Source: Felis catus
Taxonomy: Eukaryota
Reading direction: 5' to 3'
Assembly: GCF_018350175.1 (NCBI RefSeq)
Contig: NC_058383.1
Coordinates: 18,478,001 to 18,538,000 of the forward strand
DNA length: 60,000 nt
Below the pieces are notes generated by a model. The model did no database searches. It was given only the letters and a program-made list of their open reading frames with translations, and was not told where the DNA came from. Each line of letters begins with the position of its first letter. Position 1 is the first letter of the stretch. This document shows, in pieces, positions 45,976-58,999 of this stretch. The position numbers and the translations under genes were made by a program.

Positions 45976-48161
45976 GCATTCATTGCTGGCCACGAATCCC
46001 AACGGCCAGAGTCTACTCTAGGCCAGAAGCCTGGACGTATCTGCACTTTGCATTCTAGGATTCTGGGCATAAAGAAATCTTCCAATGGGAGACGGCGATG
46101 CTAAAGGCAGAGTGAGATCCAGAGCTCAGAATGAGCCCCAGCCTTCCAGCCAGAAGCGCTGACTTAAGCCTAGGGCAACATGATGGAGGAGGAGGGGATG
46201 TGAACCTGAGTTCAAAAAGGCCCTGCTTCACAGCATGAGAAGGGACAAGTGGACTCAAGGAGCTTCCCTGGAGGCATCAGATAAAGACAGTTCGGTGAGT
46301 GGAGAAGGCATCGCTGTGAACACCCCTTGAGTCTGGGGATGCTCTGGGAGCCTGGGGATGGTTTTGGCTGTTAGAGCCCAGAACGATCCAGGACAATTTT
46401 CCAGAAGGAGAAGAGGGGAAGTTGGCTACCTAGGACCATGTCCTTTGTATAGGACTGATTCATAGAATCATGGGGCCAAGGTCAATGGCTGAGGCACATC
46501 CCTCTCCGAAGGCTTCTGGAGGGGGGAGTTCCATTTATCCCCTGTTCGCCAAGTCTGGGGTTTCAAACTTCTTACAAAAAAGTAGTATTTCTCCATGAGA
46601 CTTCGACATTGGAGAACCTCAGTCAGTTCAACCTAACACTTATGTATTCGTCAAATTTTCAAGGCACGCACATTTTACATTTTGACAGTTGTGTCAATCC
46701 GCCCGCCGGAAGTAGTGTACCAATTTACATTGTCTGTTTCTCACGCCTTACATTGAGTATCTACCTCTTTCTACCTGCTTTGAGGGGAATCCTATTTCCC
46801 AGAGACTTGTCTACTTGACTTGTCCTTCCAAAGTTCTGGTCCTTGATTTGATTAATCAATTCCACAGACTTTTTGCTTTGTGATTAATGTAGGCTCGTAT
46901 CTCTATTAATTTCTTCCACCACTTTTTATTTTGCTGTTCATTTTCTAGCTTAGTTTGAATTCTTCATCCAATTATTCTCAATCTTCCAACGTTTTAAGCG
47001 TATTTATGTTAGCAGTATCAGCTTTAGATGATGAATTTTTACTAAGAATAACTTTAGTCCCATCCCCGTATGTATTTGTATACAGTGGTCTCATCACCTT
47101 AAACGTCTAGTCTGTCTCTTCGGTATTGATTTCCACTTTGACAGAGGAGCTATTTTTTATTTTGTTTAACTTCCAGATGGCTATCATTTATCTTCATTTA
47201 GGCACAGTCTTGCTAGTAATGTGATCAGGAAATAGAGTTTGTAAAATTTTCATTTGGGGATTGGCTGTGGATTTCTTTGCCTGGGTACGTACATTGTATC
47301 AGTCAGGATGGGTTAGGTTAAGCTGCAATTAACAACTAAATATTCTCAGTGCCTTAACTCACATGGGTAAGCTGGGTGTTCTTCTCATCATATCCATTTA
47401 AGGACCGGAGCGGATAGAGGCTCCACTTTGACACCTGCTTCCGTGATCACAGGGGCAAAGAAAAGAGAACCTGGCTCTTAAAGCCACTTCTGTGTTCATT
47501 TCATTGGCTGAAGGAAGTTCAGATGCCAAGGTTCCACACAGCATGGATGTCTTAACCTCCCAAGGGAGGAGGACTGAGTATTTGTGAATAAACATTCTAT
47601 CATATGCATTCAACAGATACTTATAAAGGACTGTGGAGACACGTCCTGCTATATACCAAAATTTGTCATAGACTTTGGAATCCTAGCAGATATTGTCAGT
47701 TGATGTCCTGCCTCCCCTTCTCATCCCTGACCCTCCTGTTATCATCCACTTTCCAGCCAGAGGAGGCCATGTGACCCAGATGTAAGTGGAAGTTGGTGAG
47801 GTTCTTACGAAAGCCTTTTTTTTTGTTTGTTTCTTTTTTTCTTTTTTAAGCTTTTGCTTTTCTCATGTTGGTGCTGCCTGGTCTTCTTCCTCCTTCTTCC
47901 TGTCTTGAGTGCTAATGTTGAGAAAGGCCAAGAGAATGCCAGGAACATTCGCCTTGACATTGTTGAGCATCTGAACCAATGTCAGCAGCTGCCTACTCAC
48001 AGATTTCTCATATGAAGAAAAAGGTAGCCTCGTGTTTGTATAAACCACTGTGGTTGGGTTTCTTGTTACTTGCATCTGAAAGCATGTCTGAGTCATAATA
48101 GAATTCAGCATGTAAACAAGACAATTCCCATCTTCAGTGAGTAATAATCCATTAGGAGTAT

Positions 48162-49075
48162 TGTTATGAAATTATAGAAAATACGTTCATTGGTCTCTGC
48201 CCCCAGTTCCTGCACAGAACTCCCCAAAGCCTTGTAATTTCCTAACCGATCACAGCACTAAGAGCTTCTTTTGTTCCAATATTTGAGATTTGATCCCAGT
48301 TCCTGACACAGTTCCTAAATTCCCCGGAATTTCCTGGATGATAGCAGTGCCTTTTGTTCTAACGAGAAAACTCTGGATGGGCTAATGGGTGGCCCCTGGA
48401 TGGGGGCTGGTTACTAGAAAGACCGTGATTAGAAGCTTGGGATTTTCAGCCCTACCACCTCTCTCTGTGCCTTGCCCCTCCGACCATCCTCCACAGAGGA
48501 AAGAGGGATGAAAACGAGTCAATAGTTGTTCATGCCAACGTGATGAAGTCTCCATAAAAATCCAAGAGCACAGGGTTTGGAGAACTTCCATGTTGGTGAA
48601 CAGGGCTGGTGAACCCTCCCAGAACTTGCCCTATGTATCTCTTCATCTGGACAGTCCTCTGTATGCTCTATCACACATCATCTTCGTCAATGTAAATCAG
48701 TGTTTCTCTCAGTCCTATGAGCTGTTCTAGCAAGTAACTGAATTCAAAAAGGGGGTGGTGGTGGTCCTGGGAACCTCTGACTAGCAACCAGGTCAACAGA
48801 AATTGTGGGTAATCTGAGGACCTACCACTTGGAAATGGCATCTGAAGTGGGGGGCAGTCTCGTGGGACCGGGCCCTTAACCTGTGGGTTCTGTGCTACTC
48901 CTGTTAGGGTCAGAATTGAATGGAATTGTAAGATACCCAGCTGGTATCATGGGGAATTGCTTGGAACCAGGGGGCGGGAGGGGAACACAACACATCTGGT
49001 GTTAGAAGTGTTGTGAGTGTGGTAGCTGTGTGAGAGTAAAGGAGAGAGTCACAAGAAGAGTGCGTTTTTCCTCCT
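48162..49075 (+). mobile_element. MER21-like / carnivore ERV solo LTR
   Basis: tgttatg start, tggtctctgcccccagttcctg...ccttgtaatttcc, and ggcatctgaagtggggggcagtctcgtgggac motifs typical of MER21-class LTRs. Confidence 0.7.
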
Positions 49076-49339
49076 CATCTGTGGACAGCTGAATAGAATG
49101 CTAAATATGTATTCTAAATATGTAAAAGAATTTATATGGTCCCAGATTATCAAAGGTGTTCACATATGTGCTAGGAGACAAAGTAAGATTGGCAAAATGT
49201 TGATAACCGTTGCACAAAGAATCTATTTTTTCCCAAAACGTAGTTTTCTCAATTATTATAGGTGCAACAACCACACTAACAATTACTTAGCCAACTCCAA
49301 CTTTCACTGGTATCAGTGATTCACCACTGTTATTTTTAC

Positions 49340-50233
49340 CACAGCTTTATGGAAACTAGAATTCACATACCATATAATTGACCCATTTAAAACGTACATA
49401 GTTCTTAGTATATTTGCAGAGTGGAGCAACTATCACCACAATCTATTTTAGGGTATTTGCATCACTCCAACAAGAAACTCTATATCCTCTTAGGACTACT
49501 CCTTATTTCATCCCAACCTCCCCCAGCCCCTCTTGCCCCTCTTCCATCCCACTTCTGCCCACAGCCCTAGGCAACCACTAATCTCTTTTCTGTTTCCACG
49601 GATTTACCTCTTCTGGACATTTCATATACACGGAATGATACATACATTAGGTGGTCTTTCAAGATGAGCTTCGTCCACTTAGCATGTCCTCACAGTTCGT
49701 CCATGTTGTAGCACACATCGGTACTTCGTTTCTTTTACTCCCAGTTATTCCACTGTATGAGTACACCACATTTCTTCATCCATTCGCTGGACATTGCATT
49801 TTTTTCCTCTTTTTCTATGATGAATAATGCTGCTACAAACATTCGTGTACAAGTTTTTGTTTGAACACCTGTTTCTCATTCTTTGGGGGTGTATACTTGT
49901 GAGTGAAATTCCTGGATGTTTAACTTTTCGAGGAACTTCCAGGCTGTTTTCCAAAGTGGCTGCACCCTTTTACATTTCTACCAACAGCGTATCACATTCC
50001 TATTTCTCCTATCCTCTCCAATGCTTGTTATCATCTGTCTTTTTTATTTTAGCCATTCTAGTAAGTGTAAAGTGGTGTCCTGTTGAGGGTTGGATTTGCA
50101 TTTCCCTGAGGACTAACAATGTCGAAGACATCTTTTCACATGTTTATTGGCCATGGGTGTATCTTCTTAGACTGAGTTTTTTGCCCACTTTTTCCATTTT
50201 TTAAAAAATGTTTTATTTATTTTTGAGAGAGTC

Positions 50234-50268
<35 letters not shown>

Positions 50269-51540
50269 CAGAGATAGAGAGAGACACAGACTAAAGCAGG
50301 GTCCAGGCTTTTGAGCTGTTAGCACAGAGACAGATGTGGGGCTTGAGCCCACAAACCGTGAAATCACGACCTGAGCCAAAGTTGGACGTTTAACTGACTG
50401 AGCCACCCAGGCATCCCTTTTGCCCATTCTTAAATTATTTGTTTTTGCGTTTTTGAGTTGTAAGAGTTCTGGATCTATATTAGTACAAGTTTCTTCTCAG
50501 AAATATGATTTGCAAAAATTATCTCCCATTCTATGGGTTGTCTTTTCACTTTTCAACTATGTCCTTTAAAGCACAAACATTTTTTAATGTTTACTTATTT
50601 TGAGAGAGAGTGAGAGAGAGAGAGTGCATGAGTGGGGGCAGGAGCAGAGACAGAGGGAGAGAATCCCAAGCAGGCTCCATGCTGTCAGCATAGAGCCTGA
50701 CGAGGGGCTTGATCTCACCAACTGTGGGATCACGACCTGAACCGAAATCAAGAAATGCTTAACTGACTGAGCCAGCCAGGCACCCCAAAGCACAACATTT
50801 TTAAATATTGATAATGTCAATTACCTGTTTTTTTTCCTTCTGCCGTGTTTGTGGTGTCAAGGCCACAGAGATTTACATCTACGCTTTCTTCTAAGAATTT
50901 AATAGTTTTAGCACTTAACATTGAGGTCTTTGGTCCATTTTGAGTTAATTTTTACCTATGGTGTGAGGTAGAAGTTCAACTTCATTCTTTTGCATGCAAT
51001 ATCCAGTTGTCCCCACGCTGTTGAAAAGACTGTTCTTTCTCCCATTGGGTTGTCTCGATGCCTTTGGTGAAAATCAATTGGCTATAAATACGATGGTACA
51101 TTTCTAGATTTTCAATTCTATCCCATGAATCAATATGTCTTTCCTTACACTAATACCACACTATCTCGATTACTGTAGCTTTCTAAGAAGTTTTTAAGTC
51201 AGGAAGGGTGAGTTCTCCAACTCTGTCCTTCTCTTTAAAGATCTGCTTTGGCTATTTTGGGTTCCATAAATTCCCATATGAATTTTAGCATCAGCCTGTC
51301 AGTTTCTGCAAAGAAGCCAGCTGTGGTTTTGATAAAGATTTCATTGAAGCTGTAGATCAGTTGGAGAAGTGCTGCCATCTTAACAACATCGTCTTCCAAT
51401 CCAGGAGTCTGTTTATTTAAATCTTGTTTAATTTCTTTCAATAATGTTTTATAGTTTTAGTGTACAAGTTTTGAATCTCTTTTTTAGTTAAATGTAATTA
51501 GTATTTTATATCTTGATGCTGTTGCAAATGCAATTGTTTT
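49340..51540 (-). mobile_element. L1 3' end/ORF2 relic interrupted by CanSINEs (~50200-50417, ~50580-50786)
   Basis: Antisense L1 3'UTR motifs and an ORF2-like translation (LLQLIYSFNEIFIKTTAGFFAETDRLMLKFIWEF). Confidence 0.8.
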
Positions 51541-51564
51541 TTTTTTGGGGGGGGGGTTAGGTTT

Positions 51565-51700
51565 GTTAATGTATTTTGAGAGTTAGAGTGAGTGAGTGGG
51601 GGCAATGCAGAGAGAGAGAATCCCAAGCAGGCTTAGCATTGTATGTGCAGAGCCCAACGCAGGGCTCCAACTCAAGAACCAGGAGATCATGACCTGAGCT
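51565..51700 (-). mobile_element. CanSINE lacking its head, adjacent to ARHGAP17 copy B intron sequence
   Basis: The SINE body stops at ...gacctgagctg without the usual head. Confidence 0.7.
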
Positions 51701-52399
51701 GGTCTATAGCCTGGCCCCCTGAGGCTTGGAGTTGAACAACGAAATTGAACAAAACTAAGCAAACGTTGGGGGGGGGGGGGAGGGAACGAAAGTGCAAAAA
51801 GCAAATATAGAAAGCTCAAGGGGAGGTAAAAGCGTTTTCAGACACACACAGAAAAGGAGTGTCCCCACGTGCTCTGGCCAAACCAAACGCCCCCTTTTCC
51901 TCAACTGTTGAAAACAAAGAAGAAGAAAAAGCGATGAAAAAGTCACACTTTCATACCCCTTCTCGGAAGAAACAGTCAGCGGGGACAGGACAGCTCACTG
52001 CCCTGAAAGACCTTGAAAGATTTACCCCAGATAACACAGCACACCATGATCAACCTCCAGAGGCTCTCAAAACCACTACAAACTCCGGTCTCTTCTGTCA
52101 TTTCATCATCGATCGTTTCCTGTCAAGCATTGAAGCCATACCAGAGAAACCTGGAGAAGGATTTGCTCCCCCATCAAAGGTGAGAAAAGCTGTTTGGAAA
52201 GCCCCCCCTCTTTTTGTTTTTCCATTTGCCCAAGGCCTTTCCACAATTCTTTCCTCCTGGTTCCAAATGTCTACAGGTCAAGAACTTGAGCAGTCCGGTC
52301 CACAGGGGCCACGGTTGGGAGACGGCACACCCTCCAAAGTCCCTCCAAGGGAGTCCCGAGTCTCCCTAAGCAGCTCCGATGGGCTCTGATCGCCCCTTG

Positions 52400-53470
52400 C
52401 TTATTTACTGCCATCAGGCACTTGGAGGTGGGACGGTCGGTCGGCAGCGGCCAGGCAACCCGGAAAGGCTGAGAATGCCGCCCCCCAGAGCACCGCGCCC
52501 GCCCGGCCTCGGGCACACCAGTTAGCCGAGTTTTCGCCCAAGGCAAAGCCCCGGGAGAGGGGGGAGGCCCGGGGAAAGCTTGGGGCCAGACCCCAGAGGA
52601 CGATGCTCAGCGGGGCCGGGACAATGGGCGGCGGGGACCCGTGCGGGGGGCGTCCCGGGAGGCCGGCCCGCCCCGCTGTTCCCGGGGGTTCGGGCGGCGG
52701 CCTCGAGCTGGCTGCCAGGCTGCGGTGTGGCGCAGCCCTCGTCCCTGGCCCGCAGCGGACCCGGCGCGGAGCGGGCGGGCGGCCGGGCCGGAGCGCGGGG
52801 CCCCAAGGGGCAGCCGGCCCGCCCCGGCCCGGCCCGCGCCCAGACCCCGACCCCAGGTCCCCGGCCCGCGCGCTCCCCCAGCCCGGCACGGCTCACTCAC
52901 CTGCCCACGGTCTGCTTGGCCAGCTGTTTCCTGCGGTTTAACTGCCTCTTCACGGCGGCCGCGCCAGCTTCGGCCCGCGGGTCTCGGACTGCGCAGCTCG
53001 GGGGACGGCCTGGCGGGACTACATTGCTTCCCGGCCGCCGGAAGCAGTGGGGGCGATGGCGGCTGCTCCGGGGCCGGAGCCCATCCCTCTCCGCCGGCTC
53101 AATTCCAGCGGCGCCACCCGCCGGAGGGCCGCGTTTGAAGTGTTTCTTCATGGCGGCGGCAGCGGCGGCCCGCGGGGCTCCGGCCGGGGAGGTCGGGGGA
53201 CGGCCTGGCGCAGATACATCGCTTGCCGGCGGAGACAGCGCAGGCGGCGGCGGCGGCGACGGCGGCGGCAGCGGAGGCTCCTCCTCCTCCCCCTCCCGGG
53301 CCGGAACATCGCCCTCGCTGACGCGGGGGACGGCCTGGCGGAGGTTCGTCGCTTCCAGCCGAGGCGGCGGCGGCGGCAGCGACAGCGGAGGCGGCGGCCG
53401 CGGCGGCTCCTCCTCTTCCTCCTCCTCCTTTTCCTCCACCTCCTTCTCCTCCCAGGCCGGAGCAATTATG
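52400..53470. promoter_or_regulatory. Second CpG island, paralogous to 32345-32720, with a triplicated 5'UTR unit
   Basis: Shares ggggaaagcttggg.ccagaccccagagg.cgatgctcagcggggccgggacaatgggcggcggggacccg with 32345-32415. The motif gggggacggcctggcg...tcgctt recurs near 53000, 53195 and 53325. Confidence 0.85.
52901..53151 (-). other. ARHGAP17: ARHGAP17 exon 1 copy B: rebuilt 251-nt open first exon (MKKHFKR...VKRQLNRRKQLAKQTVG-R|gtgagt)
   Basis: The original start is mutated to GTG (52951-52953). A duplicated start gccgccgccATGAAGAAACACTTC at 53151 is in frame with no stop up to the donor at 52900. Confidence 0.8.
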
Positions 53471-54184
53471 CCACAGGGGTCTAGATACTTGGGGGTGTAG
53501 TGAGGGCAGTATCGTGAGCAGAGACATGTATTACACACCTGGAAGCACGAGGCTCGAGTGTACTTTATTCATTCGTTCCACAGAAATTATTGAGCGTATC
53601 CGTTGTGCCAAAGCCTTCTTTTTTGAATGGTTGGTGGGTATTCAGTTATTGGGAACACATGGTGAATAGGACTGACGTGGCGTCTGATGGCAGCACCACC
53701 TCGTCGGAAAAGACAGGAAGCAAATAATTCCCTGTGAAGTACATAATTACGGTTTTGTGTTGAGTGCTGAGAAATACGGCATGCCATTCGAGTTTTTAAT
53801 TTAGGCAATAATGTTGAAGCTGAGATCACAAGGCTGAATGCAAAACGGGGATATAGGAGGGTGTTGGGGCAGAGCAGGGGAGTGCGAACTGTTAAAGGAA
53901 TGGGTAGAATGCCCTTGAAGCTGGGGCCACTAGGGAATGTAAGTGGGGAATGCCAAGGTTTTGGGTTAAGGCTCGCACTTTTTGTAGGTTCTTGGAGACT
54001 AAGCATAGTGATTTAAAACATGGACCTCGGGGCCAGGCTCTGTCAGGCTGATCCTAGCTCTGCCACTAAACCATTCTGCATCAAGTTTTTTGATCGGGCT
54101 CTGCTTCTGATGCTGCGTCTCCCTCTCTTTCTGCCCCTCTCCTGCTCATGCTGTGTCTCTTTCTCTCAAAAAATAAATAAATGT

Positions 54185-54368
54185 GGGGCGCCTGGGTGGC
54201 GCAGTGGGTTAAGCGTCCGACTTCAGCCAAGTCACGATCTCGCGGTCTGGGAGTTCGAGCCCCGCGTCACGCTCTGGGCTGATGGCTCAGAGCCTGGAGC
54301 CTGTTTCCGATTCTGTGTCTCCCTCTCTCTCTGCCCCTCCCCGTTCATGCTCTGTCTCTGTCCCCAAA

Positions 54369-54415
<47 letters not shown>

Positions 54416-54435
54416 ATGTTAAAAAAAATTAAGAA
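54185..54435 (+). mobile_element. Felid-type CanSINE with (TAAA)n tail
   Basis: Head ggggcgcctgggtggcgcag; inserted in the tail of an older SINE fragment. Confidence 0.88.
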
Positions 54436-54732
54436 AGAAACCACAGATGCTCACGTCCTACTCTAGACTCACGGAATCAGAATCTGCTCGGATAGGTCCT
54501 GGGCTATAAAGACTGGGCGTGTTTGCCATCTGGGCGCGTTTCATTGAAGCTTCTTTTGCACTGGCCTTTCCCTCGTGTGAAAAAAACACGCAAAAAGATT
54601 GTGAGAATCCGTAAGTTAGTGTTTTAAGACATGTTGTAGGTCTCTCTCCTTCAAGTTCCGTGATATCTTCACCGTAATGTGTTAAACCCTTCAATCTTGT
54701 CAAAAGGTCACGTTATTAAACAGGGATTCCTT

Positions 54733-54950
54733 GGGGTGCCTGGGTGGCGCAGTGGGTTAAGCGTCCGACTTCAGCCAGGTCACGATCTCGCGGTCCGTGA
54801 GTTCGAGCCCCGCGTCAGGCTCTGGGCTGATGGCTCGGAGCCTGGAGCCTGTTTCCGATTCTGTGTCTCCCTCTCTCTCTGCCCCTCCCCCGTTCATGCT
54901 CTGTCTCTCTCTGTCCCAAAAATAAATAAAAACGTTGGAAAAAAAATTTT
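54733..54950 (+). mobile_element. Felid-type CanSINE
   Basis: TSD ttaaacagggattccttg. Confidence 0.9.
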
Positions 54951-56399
54951 TTTAAACAGGGATTCCTTGCGTGAACCGTGGGCTGTCTGTCGTCTGAGTT
55001 TTGAAGTGGGGGGATAACAATGGTAACCCACCTTTGGGATGTCAGGATTCAATGAGATCACAGACACGAGGCAGTTAGCACGGATCTGGCACAGCGTGAA
55101 GCCTTCAATAAATTGTTACTACTGGTTTTGATTTCCCTCCATTCCGAACACTGTTTGGTTGAAGTTACTGAATATGTCATCCCTGTGGATCAGGCTGGTT
55201 CCCCCCGCGTCAGGTTACGGCCATAACAGCCCTAATTTAACACAGGAGCCAGTTAGCTTCCCAGGACTCGTGCGGTTCTGTTACTTCTCTTGCAGGTTGT
55301 TCCCTCCTTCCTTTCAGAGCCCTCCCGGGGATAGTGGTGATGTGAACGGTGTCAGACGGCTGTCGGCAGGATTAAATGTGGCGCGCTCCCCACAGTGCCT
55401 GGCACATGGCAGGGGTCGAAGACTGGTGGTTATTATCAGCACTGTCCCAGTTGTCATCGTCAGTGCCGTGACCATCAGCATGGGCCTGTGCTCTCAGTCC
55501 TGCGGTCCTACAGTGAGAACTCTTCTGAGTGGACATTCTGGGCTTATGCTTAAAAATTCCATGGGATTCCGCAGGTATTTTTCCAGAACTTACTGTGACC
55601 GCTAACTCTCGCCACTACCCATCTCCCCTCTCCTTGTCTTCTCCGTCCTGTGCTGCCCACCCAAGGCAGTTCCCTCTGTTGTTTACCCCTGACCCCCTCT
55701 CCCCAGACCCTCCCTGTGTCCTGGGAAATTCCCACTCCTTAATCGCCAGCCTCGTCTCTTTCCTCAGCCTCTCCTTAGCCATCTCTTCCCTCTCTTTGCT
55801 TTGACCCTGGTCCTTCCCCGGGGATATCCTTTTTTGAAGTCCTCTCAGATGGTGCCTCTGTTTTCTCATACCCCAGGGTATGAGATTTCAGGATCGGGGT
55901 GCAAGATTTGTGTCCTTGTTCTTTGACCCCCCCCAGCCCCCCCATTTCTTTGAGATCCATGGTCCCCAGGTGCAGCATCCTCTCTTCCTCCTCATTACTG
56001 TTTTCTCCTGGTTATTCACCTGATCCGTGGACGTCTTGGGTGCCTGGCCCACAGTCCTCCTGTCTGTCTCGACCTTCTTGCCATCAGCCGAGTCGGCTTC
56101 ACGGTGCATGTGGAGGACCCAGGCTACGCACAGGCCACTCGTTTTCTGGAACGCCTCGTCTCTAGTGATCACCTCTTCTCATCCATGTCTGTCACCATCG
56201 CCGCGGTGGCACCCTGCGTTTCCGCCCTGGTGCCACACCACCTTATGCGTGAGCAGCGCGGTCCCTCTGGACCCCATCTCTGCTTTCCACCTTGCTTGGT
56301 CAGCTATTTCCGCTATGTCCTCAGGGTGTTTTTCCTTAGGACCTGAGGGGTTTGGTTTTTTGGTTTTTTTTTTTTTTCTGTCCTTTAGATGCCCTCTAG

Positions 56400-56935
56400 G
56401 CTAGTATCTCTGAGTAGAGCTTAGAGTTTCCCCTGAGATGGCCCCCTGAGAAGGACAGCGGTGGGGACAGACTTGTAGGAGGTGAGGGAGGGAGCCCTGT
56501 GGATGTCTCTGGAAACAGTGTCCCAGGCAGAGAGCAGGGAGGGTAGGAAGCCCCATGGAGGGAGCAGGCCTGACTTGTTCCAGGAAGGACCAGGCCAGCA
56601 TGAGGGAGAAGGAGGAGGGCTGAAGGGATCTTAGGGACTTGTGGTGGTGTCCGATGGAGAATTTTGAACCGAAGAACGAGGTGACCTGACTTGGGTTTTA
56701 ATGGGATCACTCTAGCTTCTCTGTTGAGAGCAGCCTGTAGGGAGCAAGGACGGAAGCAGGGAGATCAGTTAATAGGCTGATGGAATATTCCAAGACAGAG
56801 GTGCTGCTGTCTTGGGTCAGGATGGGAGCACTGGAAGGGCTGAGAATCGACCAGATCCTGGGTACGTTTTGAAGGAGGTGATGGGATGTGTTGACAGATT
56901 GGATGTGGGTGAGGCCAGTGAGTGAAAGAAGAAGC
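56400..56935 (-). mobile_element. L2 relic
   Basis: ttgggttttaatgggatcactctagcttctctgttgagag...ggaagcagggagatcagttaataggctg is typical antisense L2. Confidence 0.6.
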
Positions 56936-57779
56936 CAAGCCCTCTGGCTCATCTCAGATGCGGCTCCCGCCAGGAGGCCCCTGACACCTGCAGACCAGGC
57001 CCAGCCCCTTCCGTGTTCTCTGTGCGTGTCCTTGGCGGTGGTCAGTCCGGCTGCGGCGTAGGCGTAGTGTTGAACGTTTGTCTCCCCCCACGAGAAGAAA
57101 GGTGGGGGGAATGACCGTGTCTGCCTTAGCCACGTGCCTGCTAGACCCATTTCTCAGGCGGCAAAGTGACGAGGAACTGAATGCCGATGCTCAGGGTTGC
57201 ACTTCCTGATGAGGTCTCAACATTCTGCTGTTCTGTTTCACTGGATTTGAGTGGTCTGTCTGTTTTAGAAACCAGGCCAGGGGCCGTAAGGCTGAAATCC
57301 TGTTGTAAAAATTACAGAAGTTAATCTGATTTCAACCGAATCCAAAAGTGTCCCCCTTGAGGTGCAGGTGGGTCACAGGATCACCTCCCTGGAGAGGCGG
57401 CATTTTCCCAAGGGCCCAGGCCTTTCCAGCACACGGATTGCATCTTTGCAGCCGTGCCCAGAGAGCAGCGCTTGAGAGATTGATCTGAATATTTGAAGGT
57501 GGGGGCTGCTGCTTTCCATCCTCAGAGAAGATGTGTCACTTTAGAATTGGAATATTCTGGTGAGGATAAATTAGCTGCCCAACTTGCCCATCAGGAAGGT
57601 CCCGTAAATCGTGGATTTTCTGCAACCCTCTCCTCATGTTTTCAAAAAAGGAACAAATTAAATTTTGGAAAATATCTATGAAAAACAATGATTTCACATC
57701 TAGAATACTAATTTTTTTTAATGATTATGTTTTTAAGATTTTTTAATTTTTTAAACATTATTATTATTATTATTGATGT

Positions 57780-58337
57780 TTAGTTATTTTTGAGGGGGGA
57801 GATGGAGGAGCAGAGAGAGAGAGGGTGAGAGAGGCTCCATGCCATCTACGTGGAGCCCAGTGTGGGGCTCGGTCCCACAAACCATGAGATCGGGACCTGA
57901 GCCAAAATCAAGAGCCAGGCGCTTAACCAACGGAGCCACTCATGCGCCCCTAAGATTTTATTTATTTATTTTTTGTTATTTTTTTTAATGCTTATTTATT
58001 TTGAGAGAGAGCGTGCGCGAGCGAGTGAGCGAGCGGGCGAGTGTGTGCACGCCGGGTTGAGGAGGGTGGCAGAGAGAGAGAGGGAAAGAAAGAATCCCAA
58101 ACGGGCTCCATTCTGTCAGTGCAGAGCCTCTTGCGGGGCTTGATCTCACAAAATGTGAGATCATGACCTGAGCTGATATCAAGAGTCAGATGCTTAACTG
58201 ACTGAGCCACCCAGATTCCCCCTCCCCCCCGCACCCCCAAGATTTTGTTTTTAAGTAGTCTGTACACCCGACGTGGAGCTCAAACTCACAACCCTGAGAT
58301 CAAGAATCACATACTCTTTGAGCCAGCCAGATGCCCC
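57780..58337 (-). mobile_element. Cluster of three SINEs
   Basis: Successive reverse-complement SINE bodies at ~57780-57950, ~57975-58215 and ~58245-58337. Confidence 0.82.
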
Positions 58338-58799
58338 TTAATGGTTAATTTGTTAAAGGGCCAAATGAGTACTTTTCCCCAACTCATTAGTCTAATTTGA
58401 ATATACTGTACATATAAGTTTTTGTCTCCTTTTTTTGTTGTTGTTGTAATGGCTGAACAGTATTCCACAATGTGGTTTTAGTTTATGTGACTGTTCTTCT
58501 GTTCATTATGTGGGTAGCTATGATTTTGCTCTTAAAACGGGGCTGCGATAAACATCTTTGCATGTGCGTTTCAGTTTTCCAGTGAGATGGATTTCAGGGG
58601 AGAAGCCTCTGCAAAGTGGTCCTCGAAAGAGGTTGTGTCCGTTTCTGTTCTCATGGGAAAAGAGATGCTAAACACAGAGTATTCTCAGTCTCTTAAATTG
58701 TTTGTCAGCTGGCAGGTGGATAATACCTCTTAAAATTTTTTATTTTATTTAAAAAACTTTTTTATTATACTCACTAATAAGACTGAGTATTTTTATTTA

Positions 58800-58999
58800 A
58801 AAAAAATTTATGTTTATTTTTGAGAGAGAGAGAGAGAGAGAGAGCAAGCGGGGAAGGGGCAGAGAGAGGGAGAGAGAGGATCCGAAGCAGGCTCTGTGCT
58901 ATGAGCACAGAGCCTGACGCGGGGCTCGAACTCACAAACTGTGAGATCATGACCTGAGGCGAAGCCAAACGTTCAACCGCCTGAGCCACCCTGGCATCC
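58800..58999 (-). mobile_element. CanSINE
   Basis: TSD taagactgag(t/c)attttta. Confidence 0.88.
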
